Source of the DNA: Spirogloea muscicola
Taxonomy: Eukaryota
Direction: 5' to 3'
Assembly: GCA_009602725.1 (NCBI GenBank)
Contig: WELB01000012.1
Location: forward strand, 946,941-1,010,940
Length of the DNA: 64,000 nt
Of this stretch, positions 45,733 to 59,531 are shown piece after piece. Below the pieces are notes generated by a model that searched no databases, was not told the DNA's origin, and worked only from the letters and a program-made list of their open reading frames with translations. Made by a program: the position numbers and the translations under genes. Numbering within the stretch: position 1 is the first letter of the stretch; the number at the start of each line of letters is the position of its first letter.

Positions 45733-48455
45733 CAAGCTACATAACAAATGGCACCTTCTACAGTGAGATTCTTCACAGCCTTGACAACTTTCTGCAGAGT
45801 TGTCCTTCTGGATCCATCAGGCATGCCACCAACAAGATCCTTGAAGCGAAGTCCCTCCTGCAGTGTCAAGCCTGAAGTGACAATCAGCCTCCTTCAATCA
45901 CAAGCTTGGAAGCACCCACACTGTTTCCAGGACTATCATGGAGTTTAAGGGCTGAGACATTTGTAGATAACAAAGTAACCAATGATGACAGTAAGCACCT
46001 TGCGGATTCCAGAATGCACTCTGCATTATGAAGCACTGTGCATCTACTGTGCCTACTGACAACCTGATTGTGGGTAAGGGCATAGATGACGCCCCGCATG
46101 TGGCCCCGGCCAATAATGCCCAAAACTTTCGACGTTCCATTGACAGCTTTGCTTCTCTTCAATGACCAAGCCAGATACTGGGAAGCAAAGACGGACAACG
46201 ACGATGGTCAGCAACTCCTACTGCCAGAGTAATGTGCTGAGAATTGATTGACATGTACTGCCGCCTATTCCATGAATACATTTGCAACCCGTTCGAAAAG
46301 TAGAATCAACAGTTTTCTTATTTTGGGACTAAATAAAGAGCTGTGATATCTCACCAAGTCACGCTCATACACCAGCGGAGCGAGGAGGGATGGAAATCTG
46401 GCCCCGACCTCCTCAAAAAGTGCAGTAATGGCGTCCTCGGACCTGGCCTCCGTGAGCTCATCTGCACGCAGGGCTGACTTCTTGGTGACAAACTGTAGCA
46501 GACTGGGAATGAGGCTGAGCTTCTCGCCAAGGCCCATCGCGTGCCACGTGCGTTGCAGCTGTCACGCAAGCTTCCCAAGGTTCAAATGAGAAAATTGAGC
46601 CCTCTGAGAAAGGTCCATGTGATCCTAAGGCTATAAGCAGAGCAAAGACTCCTCCCAAATCAAACTTATTGTGGGAAATTTCTCCAAGACAGGTAGGTCA
46701 GATGGAGATGCCCGCATCAAAGATGGAAATTTAGGCTTACTGTGATCTCTATGGGCCTGTCGCCCAACACCAGCTGAGCTCCCACTTCCTCTGCAGCCTT
46801 GCGTGCTGCCCGAAACTGCAAGAAGCCACATGTTAGGTCCAGGAAGCATGCAGGAGAAATCCATGTCAACAACAAGCCCTGCAATTGGAATTAGTGAGTT
46901 CAGGAGCAGCTGTCAGCTTGTCAGTTTGTCAAATTAAGCGGCCCATGGCACAGAATATGCGCGCCTAATCAGGTTGGTGAAATTAGATGGAGACAAGCAA
47001 GACCTTATACCAAGCACAGCTGCTGAGCTGTCCTGTCAGTCTCAATTGAGCTCATGGCTGGAAGCACTCCCACACGTCCGAGTGGTTGCAAAGGCAACTC
47101 AAAGACTGCACCTCGTCTCCGTATTGGACGCCCGCCACGGTCTCCACTTGTCTGGCCACGCCGCCCAGGAGCAGCCTGAGCGCCAGCGCCGATTGGCCGC
47201 CTGTACGACAAGCGCTGCATCAGGCCGTCAGCTTTGGCGTGCGTGGCTCGACAACATGAAAGAGATCTCCAGTGGGTACACTTGCTAGCTGCTATCTGTG
47301 CCGAAGCTCTGACGAGCCAAGCCGCAAGGAGTGGACAAAACAGGAAGCCACGCAGCGACTCTTGGCTCTGCTGCATGCTGCCAATCGGCTCACCGAGCTG
47401 CCACGCTCTGAGCAGGGCCGTCGGGAGGCTCTCCCCCGCCAGCAGCATGGCGTTGGAGTCCCGCCCGCGGCTCGGACCGGCGTCCTCCGGGGCCTTGTCG
47501 TAGGAATACATCAGCCCAGCTCTGTGCTGGACAATGGGGTGGAGGGTGCAGCGGGACCAATCAGAGGACAGACAAACGGGGGGGTAGTATTTGAAGTTTT
47601 AAGTATAGGGTTCACAACTAGGGTTAGGGTTTCAGCGATTGCCCGGAGGAGCACGCCACCCGATACGGCAATGCGGCGCAGCCCACACCCGTCTTCCGGC
47701 CTTATCTCCAAGTTGTCAGAAGCTGAAGGTCAAGCGCTGAACGAGACATGACATAGCCGGAGCCAGACGCTCGGTCTGCTGGCTGAGGTCCAACGTTGGT
47801 CTTGCAGGAACTTCCAAAGGACCATATATGCTGCTACTGCGACACTTGTGTATGCTGCAACGCGGCAAGCCTTTGACGCTGGAGCGGCGACCAGGATGCA
47901 TGCGCCGCTGTGCTGGGAGCGACGGGTTTGATGGGTTGCAGGGACGGGTTTTGGGGCGCGAGCCCGGCGCCTCGCCTGCTGCGGCAGAGCTCCACGACAA
48001 CGCGATCGGGCCGCAGGGCGCGCACGACGCGCGCGACGTCGGACGCCGCCGTCGGCGAGGCGTGGCTGGTGCCCACCAGGAACACCAGCTCCGGCTCCTC
48101 GAAGCCGTCCTCCCGGCGCTCCACGTAGCTGCGCCCAGCGCCAATTCCGCAGCGGCGGCGGCGGCGTATAAGGTGGCGCAGGAGGTGGAGGAAGGCGGGC
48201 CTCGGAGCAAACGCGCCACGGCCGAGCAGGGATTCGAACCCTGGCTCCTGGAACTCGAATCTGAAAGGCAGGACCAGAGGTTGGCCGTGGTGCGCCTTGG
48301 GAGAGCGGCCAGCCTCACTTGGCCGGTCTCGGTACGAGTCGCAGCGTGCCGTCGGCGGCGAGGTCCGCGAGCTCCGGGTTGTGCGCCGCCGCGTACGCCG
48401 CGCCCGGCGACGCCGCGCCGCCCGGCGGCGGCAGCCGGAAGCTCGCCGGCGGCGG
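45733..48455 (-). CDS. TraB/PrgY-domain protein; ends uncertain
   Basis: VFLVGTSH, VVVELCRSRAGLMY, LVLGDRPIEIT/LQR, PLVYERD, YLAWSLKRSKAV, GIIGRGHMRGV. Confidence 0.9.
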
Positions 48456-48577
<122 letters not shown>

Positions 48578-49558
48578 NNNNNNNNNNNNNNNNNNNNNNN
48601 NNNNNNNNNNNNNNNNNNNNNNNNNNNNNNNNNNNNNNNNNNNNNNNNNNNNNNNNNNNNNNNNNNNNNNNNNNNNNNNNNNNNNNNNNNNNNNNNNNNN
48701 NNNNNNNNNNNNNNNNNNNNNNNNNNNNNNNNNNNNNNNNNNNNNNNNNNNNNNNNNNNNNNNNNNNNNNNNNNNNNNNNNNNNNNNNNNNNNNNNNNNN
48801 NNNNNNNNNNNNNNNNNNNNNNNNNNNNNNNNNNNNNNNNNNNNNNNNNNNNNNNNNNNNNNNNNNNNNNNNNNNNNNNNNNNNNNNNNNNNNNNNNNNN
48901 NNNNNNNNNNNNNNNNNNNNNNNNNNNNNNNNNNNNNNNNNNNNNNNNNNNNNNNNNNNNNNNNNNNNNNNNNNNNNNNNNNNNNNNNNNNNNNNNNNNN
49001 NNNNNNNNNNNNNNNNNNNNNNNNNNNNNNNNNNNNNNNNNNNNNNNNNNNNNNNNNNNNNNNNNNNNNNNNNNNNNNNNNNNNNNNNNNNNNNNNNNNN
49101 NNNNNNNNNNNNNNNNNNNNNNNNNNNNNNNNNNNNNNNNNNNNNNNNNNNNNNNNNNNNNNNNNNNNNNNNNNNNNNNNNNNNNNNNNNNNNNNNNNNN
49201 NNNNNNNNNNNNNNNNNNNNNNNNNNNNNNNNNNNNNNNNNNNNNNNNNNNNNNNNNNNNNNNNNNNNNNNNNNNNNNNNNNNNNNNNNNNNNNNNNNNN
49301 NNNNNNNNNNNNNNNNNNNNNNNNNNNNNNNNNNNNNNNNNNNNNNNNNNNNNNNNNNNNNNNNNNNNNNNNNNNNNNNNNNNNNNNNNNNNNNNNNNNN
49401 NNNNNNNNNNNNNNNNNNNNNNNNNNNNNNNNNNNNNNNNNNNNNNNNNNNNNNNNNNNNNNNNNNNNNNNNNNNNNNNNNNNNNNNNNNNNNNNNNNNN
49501 NNNNNNNNNNNNNNNNNNNNNNNNNNNNNNNNNNNNNNNNNNNNNNNNNNNNNNNNNN

Positions 49559-50572
49559 CGGTATGTCCGCCTCCGCTGCTTTTGCGCCTGGTTCACCTGA
49601 ATGTGCTGAATGAACAGAGTGTCCACGTCCAGGCCCTTCACCTCCGCGTTGCTCTCAGCATTCTTGAGGAGCCCCAGGAGGAACTCAGCCGACTTGACCG
49701 GCCACCGGCCCTGGCCATTGCTGTGCTTCGCCTTTGCCTGGGCGGTCCTGCCGACGCCACCGCAGAAGCGGCGGAAGGGCACCGCCTGCTTGTGCGCCAT
49801 GACGTCCTCCAGGAATCGCTTGGCCTTGCCCAGCTCCATGCGCTTGATGGCCATGGCTGCCTCCCGCGTATTCTGCACCGCAAGAAAAAGAAACCGTCTG
49901 AGTGTGCTTAAGGGGATAAGCTCCTTGGGGATTCTCGATTCCGTTTCCATCCCACTTGACATTCTGATGACAACAATCAATGGCCGAGGAGGCCAGTCAA
50001 CGGCTGTTGCCTGACCTTGAAGTGGACACGCAAATCCGAGCCCCGCGCCTTGCATGCTGCAGGCGCCAGCAAAGTAGCAGACATTGCGCGTCACATATGA
50101 GTCGCTGGCGTTGCACGACTACCGGTAACAAGTCGACGCAAGCAGTTTCAACGGAGGGTTGCGGAGCAGGAGGGCGAGGCGGGAAGGGCGTACACTTGGT
50201 CGCATTGTCAGGCTCCCTCGCGTACTTCACCTGTGGCCGCAGGGCGGATGACAACGGAACGGGGGTCAGGGTTTAAGCTCCGAGGCAGTGGACACGGGCA
50301 GCTATGAGCAGCGATTCGGCCGACGACTGACAGCTCCAAGACTAACAGCAGGTTATGCCCCAACAGCAACGCCCCGAGCCTGACTCAAGCGGGACGCCCG
50401 CAAAGCCCCCCCCCGGCTCGAGGCGCCTGGAGCTCCGCGAGCTCCGAGGAGCAAGCCAGCAAAGCGGGCGCAGGGACAGCCCCAGCCCGGCGTCGTCCAC
50501 CGCGACAGTCGTTCCACTGTCTGGCCAACGCAAGAGCAGCTTTCCAGCGCGAGAACGAGGCCGGCTCACCAT
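49559..50572 (-). CDS. RPL17: 60S ribosomal protein L17 (uL22); 3' end in gap
   Basis: ATG-only exon 50570-50572, [31 protein letters not shown]...[10 protein letters not shown]...RRRTY. Confidence 0.97.
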
Positions 50573-50974
50573 GGCTCCGCCGGCGCCCGGCCCGGCAGCC
50601 GCCCTGAGCGCAGTAGCAGCGAAGCTGTCGGCGGTGCGACGGCGGCGCCGCTGACCGCGGCGCTGGCCGGCGACGGCGGTAGCGCCAGCCGCGGCGGCGG
50701 CGGGGGAAGGGCTTCCCGGCCACGCCCGGAGCGGAGGGGGGGCGTCCCGGGGTTTAGGGCAGTGGAGGAGGGGGGGCCTTGCCCTAGTCCCCACCCCCAG
50801 GGGACCATCGGACGGCTGCGATGCGCCGGCCTTGGCACCGGACGGCGCTGGCGGGCCCTTCTTATGACGGCCAAGATGCGGCAGTGCTGATCGATCCGAC
50901 GGCTTGTTGATTCACCAGAAGTGGGCTCCGAGTGACCCTAGAGCGTTGACGGCAGCGCGCGCCATTAGTAAGAG

Positions 50975-51008
50975 AAAGGCGCGCGGGGCGCATGAAATGA
51001 AAAGGGAG
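50975..51008 (-). mobile_element. 34-bp subfamily C 3' UTR micro-insertion
   Basis: Matches 13940-13975; flanked by gccattagtaagag at 50961-50974 and 51009-51022. Confidence 0.8.
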
Positions 51009-51110
51009 GCCATTAGTAAGAGGCGCGGCGGGGGGCTAAGAGGGAGTCTGGCAACCCAGGGGGTTCCTGCACGTGAATTCATGATGTTTTGGACGCCGCG
51101 CGAGAAGAAG

Positions 51111-51308
51111 TGGCTCTCCCAATGGGGGCAAGGGCTGCGAGAAGCCAGCCCGAAAATAGTTGACAAGGTTCGAAGGGGCCAAATTACGAGCTAAGCAGCG
51201 ACTTCGGGGCCTGAAGAGGCTATGGCAGAACGGGGGAGGATGGACCACTCAGTGGTTACGAGTGAGGAGCCTCAAATCCGACAGACTAGCTGCCGGACAA
51301 CTATTCCC
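51111..51308 (-). mobile_element. 5'-truncated subfamily A copy with 12-bp TSD
   Basis: Matches 14868-15067; cgcgagaagaag at 51099-51110 and 51309-51320. Confidence 0.92.
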
Positions 51309-52298
51309 CGCGAGAAGAAGCTCTTCCAGAAGGGGGCATTGGCTGTCTTTTGAGTGCCTGACTGCTTTTAGAGCTGTTTAGCACAGGTGGATTTTGACGT
51401 GAGCATGTAAGGAGGCAAATGTCTGCATTATTACTTCCTCCCTAGAGAATTGCTTAATTCGTTACCCCGCTTCAGCTGTCTTGGGCAGCCCATCTTTATG
51501 TTTGTGCAGGTAACATGGTCAACCAGAAAACTGAACTCGCACATCATATGGATCAGCCCAGTGGGCCAGTGGAGCACTCTCTGGGGGAAAGCAATGGCCC
51601 GGCATGTCGGACTTGATCTGAACTAAAGTCGACCGCGCCTTAGATATGACTACCTCCTAACACAAAGTGCGGGCTGAGCCTGTGCTGGTCTGACTTGTGT
51701 TTGCCCCCATGAGCGAACCTGCGTCTGCATCTGTCGAGACGTGGGGAGTCCCTTGGAATTGGCGGAGGCAAGCAGACTTTCAAAGTGGGAAAGGAGAGAA
51801 GCGGTGGTAGTGGCAGCTCACAAAGACATTTATACGGCTAGATGTTTGCCAGCTCTTGAAGAGCACCATTTTAGCTCCAGCCACGAGCCCTGCGACCCAC
51901 TTTGTGGCAGTCGGGCCAAATAGCTCTGTCTGCCTGCTGGCTGCTTTCGGATTGCTCCGACCATTTGGCGAAGTGGATGGGCGCCTCCTCTTTCAATTGG
52001 CATGTTGATGCTGTATTATTGATCGTCCATGTGACTTGGGAAAAATACAGTCCACGAATTCAAGGGTATCCACTATGGATAAAGCTGGTATTCTTAACCG
52101 AGGTTTAGTAATGCACGGAGAAAAACATAAGCGCCTTCTGGGTAGGCATTACATTTAGCATTGCATGTGGCGCGTTGCAGTTCATACCTTTCATTGCACA
52201 TGTGGCAACTTATAAGTTTACATTGAGTGCACAACCCGAAAGTACCTCAATAGCTTGCTCACAGAACTTAAAGAGGTACTTAATATATTAGCTATCTA

Positions 52299-55200
52299 TC
52301 AAACAGGTATAAGAGCAGGTCTTGAGATGGACTTGCACTCCACCTCATTTACTAAAATGGCAACTTGCTGCCACCAGTCGTTATCATTGTTTTCAGGCTC
52401 ATACTGTTGCGTGCTACGTCTCAGTTTAGTGAGGCTTGCAGGCTCAGAACTTGATGGGTCTGAAGAGTTCCTCTCTTCACCACAAGAACTACTAAGCAAC
52501 ACTCCGCCAGGACTAACGTTATTTTAAGGCCAATATCTGTGCAGGTACTTCACAGGGAGCAGGCTCATGTGGGGCTTGTGACAATGGGAGATGGGGAGGG
52601 ATGATGCAACGAGGGAGTGGTCGCACGTCTGACCTGAAACCTGCACATATGGCCGTACTCTGATCAGGATCCTTGCAAGTTGTTAAGTTCTATAGCCACC
52701 TGGCTGATTAAATAACAGCCACTAACCTTGACAATCAGGATCATGGCATCTTTGGTAGTATCCTGCCATCCGGAAGTCCACGACGTACATGACTGCATCG
52801 TACACCAGTGGATACTTGTCAGAGCCGTGCCCCACTTATAGTCAGTCTTTTTGTGGCGGTTCTAAGATGACCGAGCAATGTGCTGCACAACTACTCTACA
52901 GTGATCCTACAGAAGTATATCGTTGATGCATCTTACCATTGTTGCTCTTGTGGGGACGATTGACATTCTCGCAAAAGCGATTCCGACACATGTTGTACAC
53001 CATTACAGTACAATCTGCGAACCAATGCCAGCTATGTACTTTGCCTGCAAAGAGAAACGCAGGTCAACTATTAAGTCAGCAGATAAGCTTGCCTTATTGT
53101 TTACACAAGCAGAATGGACTGGCTTCTCATCCAAAGATTTTGAAGAGTCTCTAAGCAGTGTGGATCTGTAAAATGAAATGGTCCTATAATATCCCACCGA
53201 TGGTGCCAATCATTACCTTGTATGCCTCCACTATAAGCCATCTTCTCAATGAAAGTATCTATCAATGGGAATGGCGAAGCACTATAGCCACTTGAAGCCA
53301 CAGTCCTGGTGCCTCGTAGTGACGAAGTTACTCTACTGGGCACGTCCAAGTGATTGTCTTCCTGGTTGTGAGTGAAAGCCACAGGGCAAATCAGCTTGAG
53401 CCAAGCTTCTTCTTGTACCACCCAAAGGAAGGAGGCCCCATCTCAGAACTAAGCCATCACCTGAACTGACACAAGCTAGGGTGCTTCTGAGGTTCCAGGG
53501 CCTGGCAGCCTAGGAGCAGCTTTTTTACTTACAGCTGTCCCAGAGGTAAGTAATGTCGCCCCTTCTGACTTGTTGATTTGACAGATGAATGAAGCAGCCA
53601 GTACTTCGGGATCTGTCTGCACATATCAAATATCTGATCGTTTGTGTATTTGCACCAAGATCCACCTTTTGTGGCCTGAAAGATTCCATATGTAATGACA
53701 TGATACATGGTTGTGCTGACTGGCCCCAATGGTTTGCTTATACCTGGTGCTTACCGATTTGCAGCACTTGTATCTCCTTGTGGGTTTAAGTACAGCTTTC
53801 TTTCCAGCTTTGCTTGAATACGGGAGTCGAAAGCTCCTGTTGCGCGAATATACTGCAGAGGCTCACTTTCAGACTAGATAACGTCCATGCCTTCACATGA
53901 TTCATTCGAAGTGCTGGCATCACATGTAAGTCTGCTCACTTTTTGCTATTGCTTCCCCACTTCAACGAGGCCAGGAGGAGTTCACCAGCCAAGTCCACAA
54001 ATAGCGAGGTGGGCTGACAAGCTGCTTTTGTCTCCTCGGTCCACACAAAGAGCCTCTCACAACGAGGGTCGAGTGTGCGATTGTGGTGTATCCTTTGCAC
54101 AATCTGTTGTAGCATATGGATGTTATGTGAGTAATCATATCATCAATCTCTCTCCCCTCTGTCATAAGGAATGTGCTGCTGTGATCATTTACTGCACTCT
54201 GCAGTTATGTCCCTCAAGGGCCAGAGCTATCGCTTTGACCTGCTTCACGATGTGACCAACATGATAATTGCTCTTGAACGACGCACCAGGTACGTGGATG
54301 ATGACATGTCGAGAGAACTTTTCTGCACATACCCCAAAGGTCAGGCTGGCATGACATTTTTGTTGTAAAGGGAGTAGCGACAATCCCACAGGTTGCGTGC
54401 ACAGTATGAGGACTACTTGCTTGGAGAAGCATTGCAGCGACACTGAGGCATTGAGCAGTTACATGACTACGAAGTGGGACATGTGCTTCTAAGATACCAC
54501 TTCAAAGATCTTCAGAGAGGGCATGTTTGATAGATCACCTTGGGTGGAGGAGTCAAGCTCAACTGCAGCATTGTCCATTGCACACTCCAGTCCATGAGCT
54601 TCTTTGAGGTATTCTTTTGTTAAATCCAGCAGGTCATCCACCATACTGGACTCATCAGCATCCGGGTTGCATGCACGAGAGAATTCCAAGTCATAGTAGA
54701 GATGACATGGGAACCCCTGTAGCAGCATGTTGATACTTCAGCTACATTTAAGATGCTGCTTGTGTGATGGCTAGCTTCACCTCTAATTTGGAGCCATGCT
54801 CTTGACACGTCTTGCGTTATTTTCAAGCTGGATATTGCTTACAAGGTAACATCCTCAGTATCAGGTAGTACATTGAAGCAAACCAGTAAAGCTTCTACTT
54901 TCATAAGAATACATCGTCATTGTCATCATATACCTCTCGAATGATCTCATAGTGGTGGCGGTATGCAGGATCCATCAAAAAGTACCTGTGATTACAATCA
55001 AGCACTGCCGTTGTTGTTATATACTGACTCCATCAGGCAGCTCCCTCAGCACAATGACTGCCAAGGTCCCTGTCAAGGAATGTCTAAGATGGACTGTCCT
55101 GATTGATCCGATTAACAAAGTGTGTGCCATGTAGCAGCTGCAGGAGGACTGCTGCAGTACCTCCTTGAGAACTCCTGGTAGGTGGTGACGAGAAACCTGC

Positions 55201-55875
55201 GTTGTCCTGTCGCATGACCCTGGTATGTAAAGATTGCTAAAGGGGAGCTCTCACTGTTGTTGGCATAGTTGTCGGAGAAAGTGATTGCCATCTCCTGGCG
55301 AGGAAAGGTTGTCCAGACCACTTCACTGTGCCACCCCGTCATTGACATCCAGGGCATAGTCACGTAAGTGAAACAGCAGGGCGTGCATGCAAAGGAGGTG
55401 CACAGTCAAGGAGGACTTTGCCACATCAAGCAGTGAAAGCACTCTACCTTGGTGTTATCCTCTGCATAGTGAGCACGTTCAATCTAATCTCTCGAAGAAG
55501 CCGTGCAAAGCTTGCGCCGCAGCTGGTGGCAGAGATCCTCCGTCCAGCTCCATAGAAAGCTTGCGGTGCCATTATGGCCGTGTTTGCCTCGGCTACGCTT
55601 GAGAAGCTTTCAGCTATCTGAGCTTGAGTGCAAGGTCCTATCTGCTCGAGCTCTTGACGGGCACGTTTGCACTCTCTGCTGGCGTCGTCGTCGCGCCTTG
55701 AGAAATCTGCTTCAGGAGCGTCAGGTCCCAGGTCTGCTAGATTTGGCTGATCACAAGAACCATAAGCCTTGGGGATCTTGACCTGAGATAGGGGTGCTTT
55801 TGCGCGTTTTCTCCTCCTCGTCAGCTCAGCCGACGCCTGATCCTGTCTGGTGTTCCCTAAGGAGGCGCAGATCAA
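52299..55875 (-). CDS. PRIMPOL: DNA-directed primase/polymerase PrimPol; 5' exons uncertain (may extend to the 56418 gap)
   Basis: WTTFPRQ, GQRRFLVTTY, HHYEIIRE, PCHLYYDLEF (DxE), KFSRHVII, FVDLAVYSRNRSFRL, RFCENVNRPHKSN, YQRCHDPDC (UL52-type zinc finger). Confidence 0.93.
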
Positions 55876-57402
55876 CGTCGACAGGAGCTAACTTGATCAG
55901 TCTGCAGGACCAGGCCCCCTCAGAAGCGACGCTCACAGGTACGCAGTCAAGGGTAGGAGCTCAGCAACTGAGCTCGGCTGAGGGTCGTCTGCAAGGCTCC
56001 TGTTGGAAGTTCTGATGCACGCAGTCATCAACGGAATTTCCTCACAAGAGAGCGCTCACTGGCACCTGCTGGTCGGCCGTCCTTCCGGCCCCTGATGTAG
56101 CATTGCAGGAGCTGCGCCGCGCCCCCCCGGCCTGCGTGCGCCACCGACGGCTTTGGCTCTGCCTTCATCAGCACGCTGCTCCACTTATCCGCCTTAGGCT
56201 TGGTCACCACCATCGGCCCGTGGAGCCACGCCGCACGGCAGGCGTTGTCAAGCACGCGCCACAAAGGTGACCGCGCTTCCGCGCCAGAGTACAATTGGTG
56301 AGCCGGCGACGGATCCGTCAGGTTGACTGGCACCGTCGGGAGGGCTCTGCACTGTGTCCCGGGCGAGACGTTCCCCACCGCCGCCGCCGCCACCGCCGGC
56401 GGCGGTGGCGGCGGCGGCNNNNNNNNNNNNNNNNNNNNNNNNNNNNNNNNNNNNNNNNNNNNNNNNNNNNNNNNNNNNNNNNNNNNNNNNNNNNNNNNNN
56501 NNNNNNNNNNNNNNNNNNNNNNNNNNNNNNNNNNNNNNNNNNNNNNNNNNNNNNNNNNNNNNNNNNNNNNNNNNNNNNNNNNNNNNNNNNNNNNNNNNNN
56601 NNNNNNNNNNNNNNNNNNNNNNNNNNNNNNNNNNNNNNNNNNNNNNNNNNNNNNNNNNNNNNNNNNNNNNNNNNNNNNNNNNNNNNNNNNNNNNNNNNNN
56701 NNNNNNNNNNNNNNNNNNNNNNNNNNNNNNNNNNNNNNNNNNNNNNNNNNNNNNNNNNNNNNNNNNNNNNNNNNNNNNNNNNNNNNNNNNNNNNNNNNNN
56801 NNNNNNNNNNNNNNNNNNNNNNNNNNNNNNNNNNNNNNNNNNNNNNNNNNNNNNNNNNNNNNNNNNNNNNNNNNNNNNNNNNNNNNNNNNNNNNNNNNNN
56901 NNNNNNNNNNNNNNNNNNNNNNNNNNNNNNNNNNNNNNNNNNNNNNNNNNNNNNNNNNNNNNNNNNNNNNNNNNNNNNNNNNNNNNNNNNNNNNNNNNNN
57001 NNNNNNNNNNNNNNNNNNNNNNNNNNNNNNNNNNNNNNNNNNNNNNNNNNNNNNNNNNNNNNNNNNNNNNNNNNNNNNNNNNNNNNNNNNNNNNNNNNNN
57101 NNNNNNNNNNNNNNNNNNNNNNNNNNNNNNNNNNNNNNNNNNNNNNNNNNNNNNNNNNNNNNNNNNNNNCCCCCCCCCCCGCCGCTGCCGCCACCGCCGC
57201 CGCGGCAATGCTGCTCTTGGCCAAGGCCCCTCGGCTACCAGCTGCACTGCCAGAGCGGCGCCGCTCATCGCCTTCAGTGCTCTCTGTCCCACAAATTGTG
57301 CGAATTTACATCAAGTTCATTCCGTGCACTAATGTCTTCCAATGGCGGCTCACTAGTGGCGCCTCACCTGCCCCGGCTGCCGCTGATCTGCTCTCGCGGC
57401 AG

Positions 57403-59531
57403 GTCCACCAAGAAGTTCGGGCCCGAGCAGCAGCGCTTTGAGCACCTCACGTTCCTCAACCTCGCCCAGAACGTCGTCTGCTTCACCTGGGCGTCGCTGA
57501 GTGAGCCGCCGGTCTTGACCAAGTCAATGCAGAATTTGGGTCTATGTGGTTCGGGAAGGGTTCAGGGCTTACTGTTAAGAGGGCTTACTGTTAAGGACCC
57601 GTGCTTTGAGACCGCTGTGCACAATCGACACTGCGACCATTCACGAGCTGCCAACCTGCATTGCCGGCTTACCACCAGTCCATGCTAAGTTGACGTGATG
57701 ACTGTCTCGACGCAGTGCTGCTCTTCTTTGTGCCCATGGACCAATCGCAGCCACCCATCTGGGTCTACGCCACTGCCAGCATAAGCAACACTATCGGACC
57801 AGCGCTCGGGATTGAGGCGCTCAAGTACATCAGCTACCCGGCACAAGTAAGCTGATTGGACCTCCTGCAACTTCCTGCATTGTTGTAGTGAGCACAATTT
57901 AAGCTCGGCCTGCTCGGCTTGGTCAATGACCTTCTCAGCCGTGGCATCTGACAAGACAACTTGTGATAAGCCAGTGCAAGGTCTACCAATTGGACAGAGG
58001 CTCCTGCACTCGTCTCCAAATTTGCCTAGCTCGCATAATGTATCAGACAGTTGTCTGTAGAAGAAGTCTGCTGGTTGTAGTCAACCTGATTTCTATCATC
58101 GTTTAGTTATTGCACAATGAATAACAGTCCTTCTCTACTAGTCTCGGCAGTGCAAGGTCTACCAAATTGGACAGAGGCTCCTGCATTCGTCTTCAATTTG
58201 CATAGCTTGCATGATATGTCAGACAGTGACAAAAACTGCCGTTTGTAGTGAGCCTGATCTCTATCATCGTTTAGTTATTGCACAACGAACAACAATCCTT
58301 CTCTACTAGTCTCGGCAAGGCCAGCTTTAATATCATATCACGAGTTTTAGCAGTCTCACCAGCGTCGCCGTTGGGTTGTTGGTCATCAGATTGGTCGATT
58401 GTCTTGGTACAGATGCCAGGAGTCTTGGACTCTGGCTGCTCCACTGACTGGTGGCTTTTTCCATTGGCATGCCAGGTGCTTGCTAAGTCGTCCAAGATGA
58501 TCCCTGTTATGTTGATGGGCGCGATGCTTTACCGGGTGCACTACACTGTGCCCGAGTATGTCTGCACCATCCTCGTGGCTGGGGGCGTCTCACTCTTTGC
58601 ACTGTTCAAGGTCAATGCACAAACTGCAATTAATGACATCTGGCTGCTGCAGTCTGCAGCTCAATAGTCTGTGTTACTAGTCTCCTGGCTGTCCTTTTTC
58701 TGGAAGTCAGCTCTCCTCGTGGGCTTTGCAAACTTGCCAATCGCAATGTTTGCGTCTGAGTAAGTTTGCAATGCCTGACATCTGATCAACTTGGCACAAC
58801 CAGAGCTCTGCCAAAGCTGCCAAGAAGCTAGCCCACCCCAACGCACCTCTTGGTTATTTGATGTGCTTCCTCAACCTGGGCTTGGACGGATTCACCAATG
58901 CGACACAAGATTCTATCACAGAGAGGTGCCTATTGTGGCCACGGACGTGCTTAATTAGGGGTCACGCATGCTATTCTGCATCTAATGTACTTCAGCTCCA
59001 AAGAATTGCATGAGGTATTTTCTTCCAAGCTTTGGGGCGTGTACTGCTGACAGGCAATGCATCTCTTAGTGAAGTACTAGCTGACGAAATGGTCATCTTA
59101 CATACAGGCACCCCAAAACAAGCGTGTACTCCCTTATGATGGGCATGAATCTCTGGAGTACAATTTACATGTTTTTCTTCATGTTCATGACTCCATGGGG
59201 CGGCGGCTTCGAGGCATGGGACTTCTGCTTCGCCCACAGGGAGGCAGCTTTTGACATCGTTCTCTTCTGCCTTTGTGGCGCAGTTGGCCAAAACTTCATA
59301 TTTCTGACAATCAACACCTTTGGCGCCTTAACTAACACAACTATCACCACCACTCGCAAGTTCATGAGCATCCTTATATCGGCTGTGTGGACCGGAAGCC
59401 CATTGGCGGTCGGTCAATGGGGAGGAGTCTTCATGGTCTTCGCTGGCCTCAGTATGCAAATATTCTTGAAATGGCAGAGGTCCAGGGCCAGAGCCAAGAG
59501 AACACTGTCCTCACCCGCTAGGAATCATTGA
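57403..59531 (+). CDS. UDP-galactose/UDP-glucose transporter (SLC35B1/UTr1-UTr3 type); first exon in gap
   Basis: RFEHLTFLNLAQN, GIEALKYISYPAQ/VLAKSSKMIPVMLMG, DGFTNATQD, GAVGQNFIFLTI, TITTTRKF. Confidence 0.95.
57972..58315. repeat. Intronic tandem duplication (176 bp + 168 bp)
   Basis: cagtgcaaggtctaccaa...ttctctactagtctcgg repeated from 57972 and 58148. Confidence 0.92.

Noticed and set aside
57972..58315. Tandem intronic snoRNAs
   Set aside because: No properly placed C/D boxes or clear H/ACA hairpin pair on the host strand.
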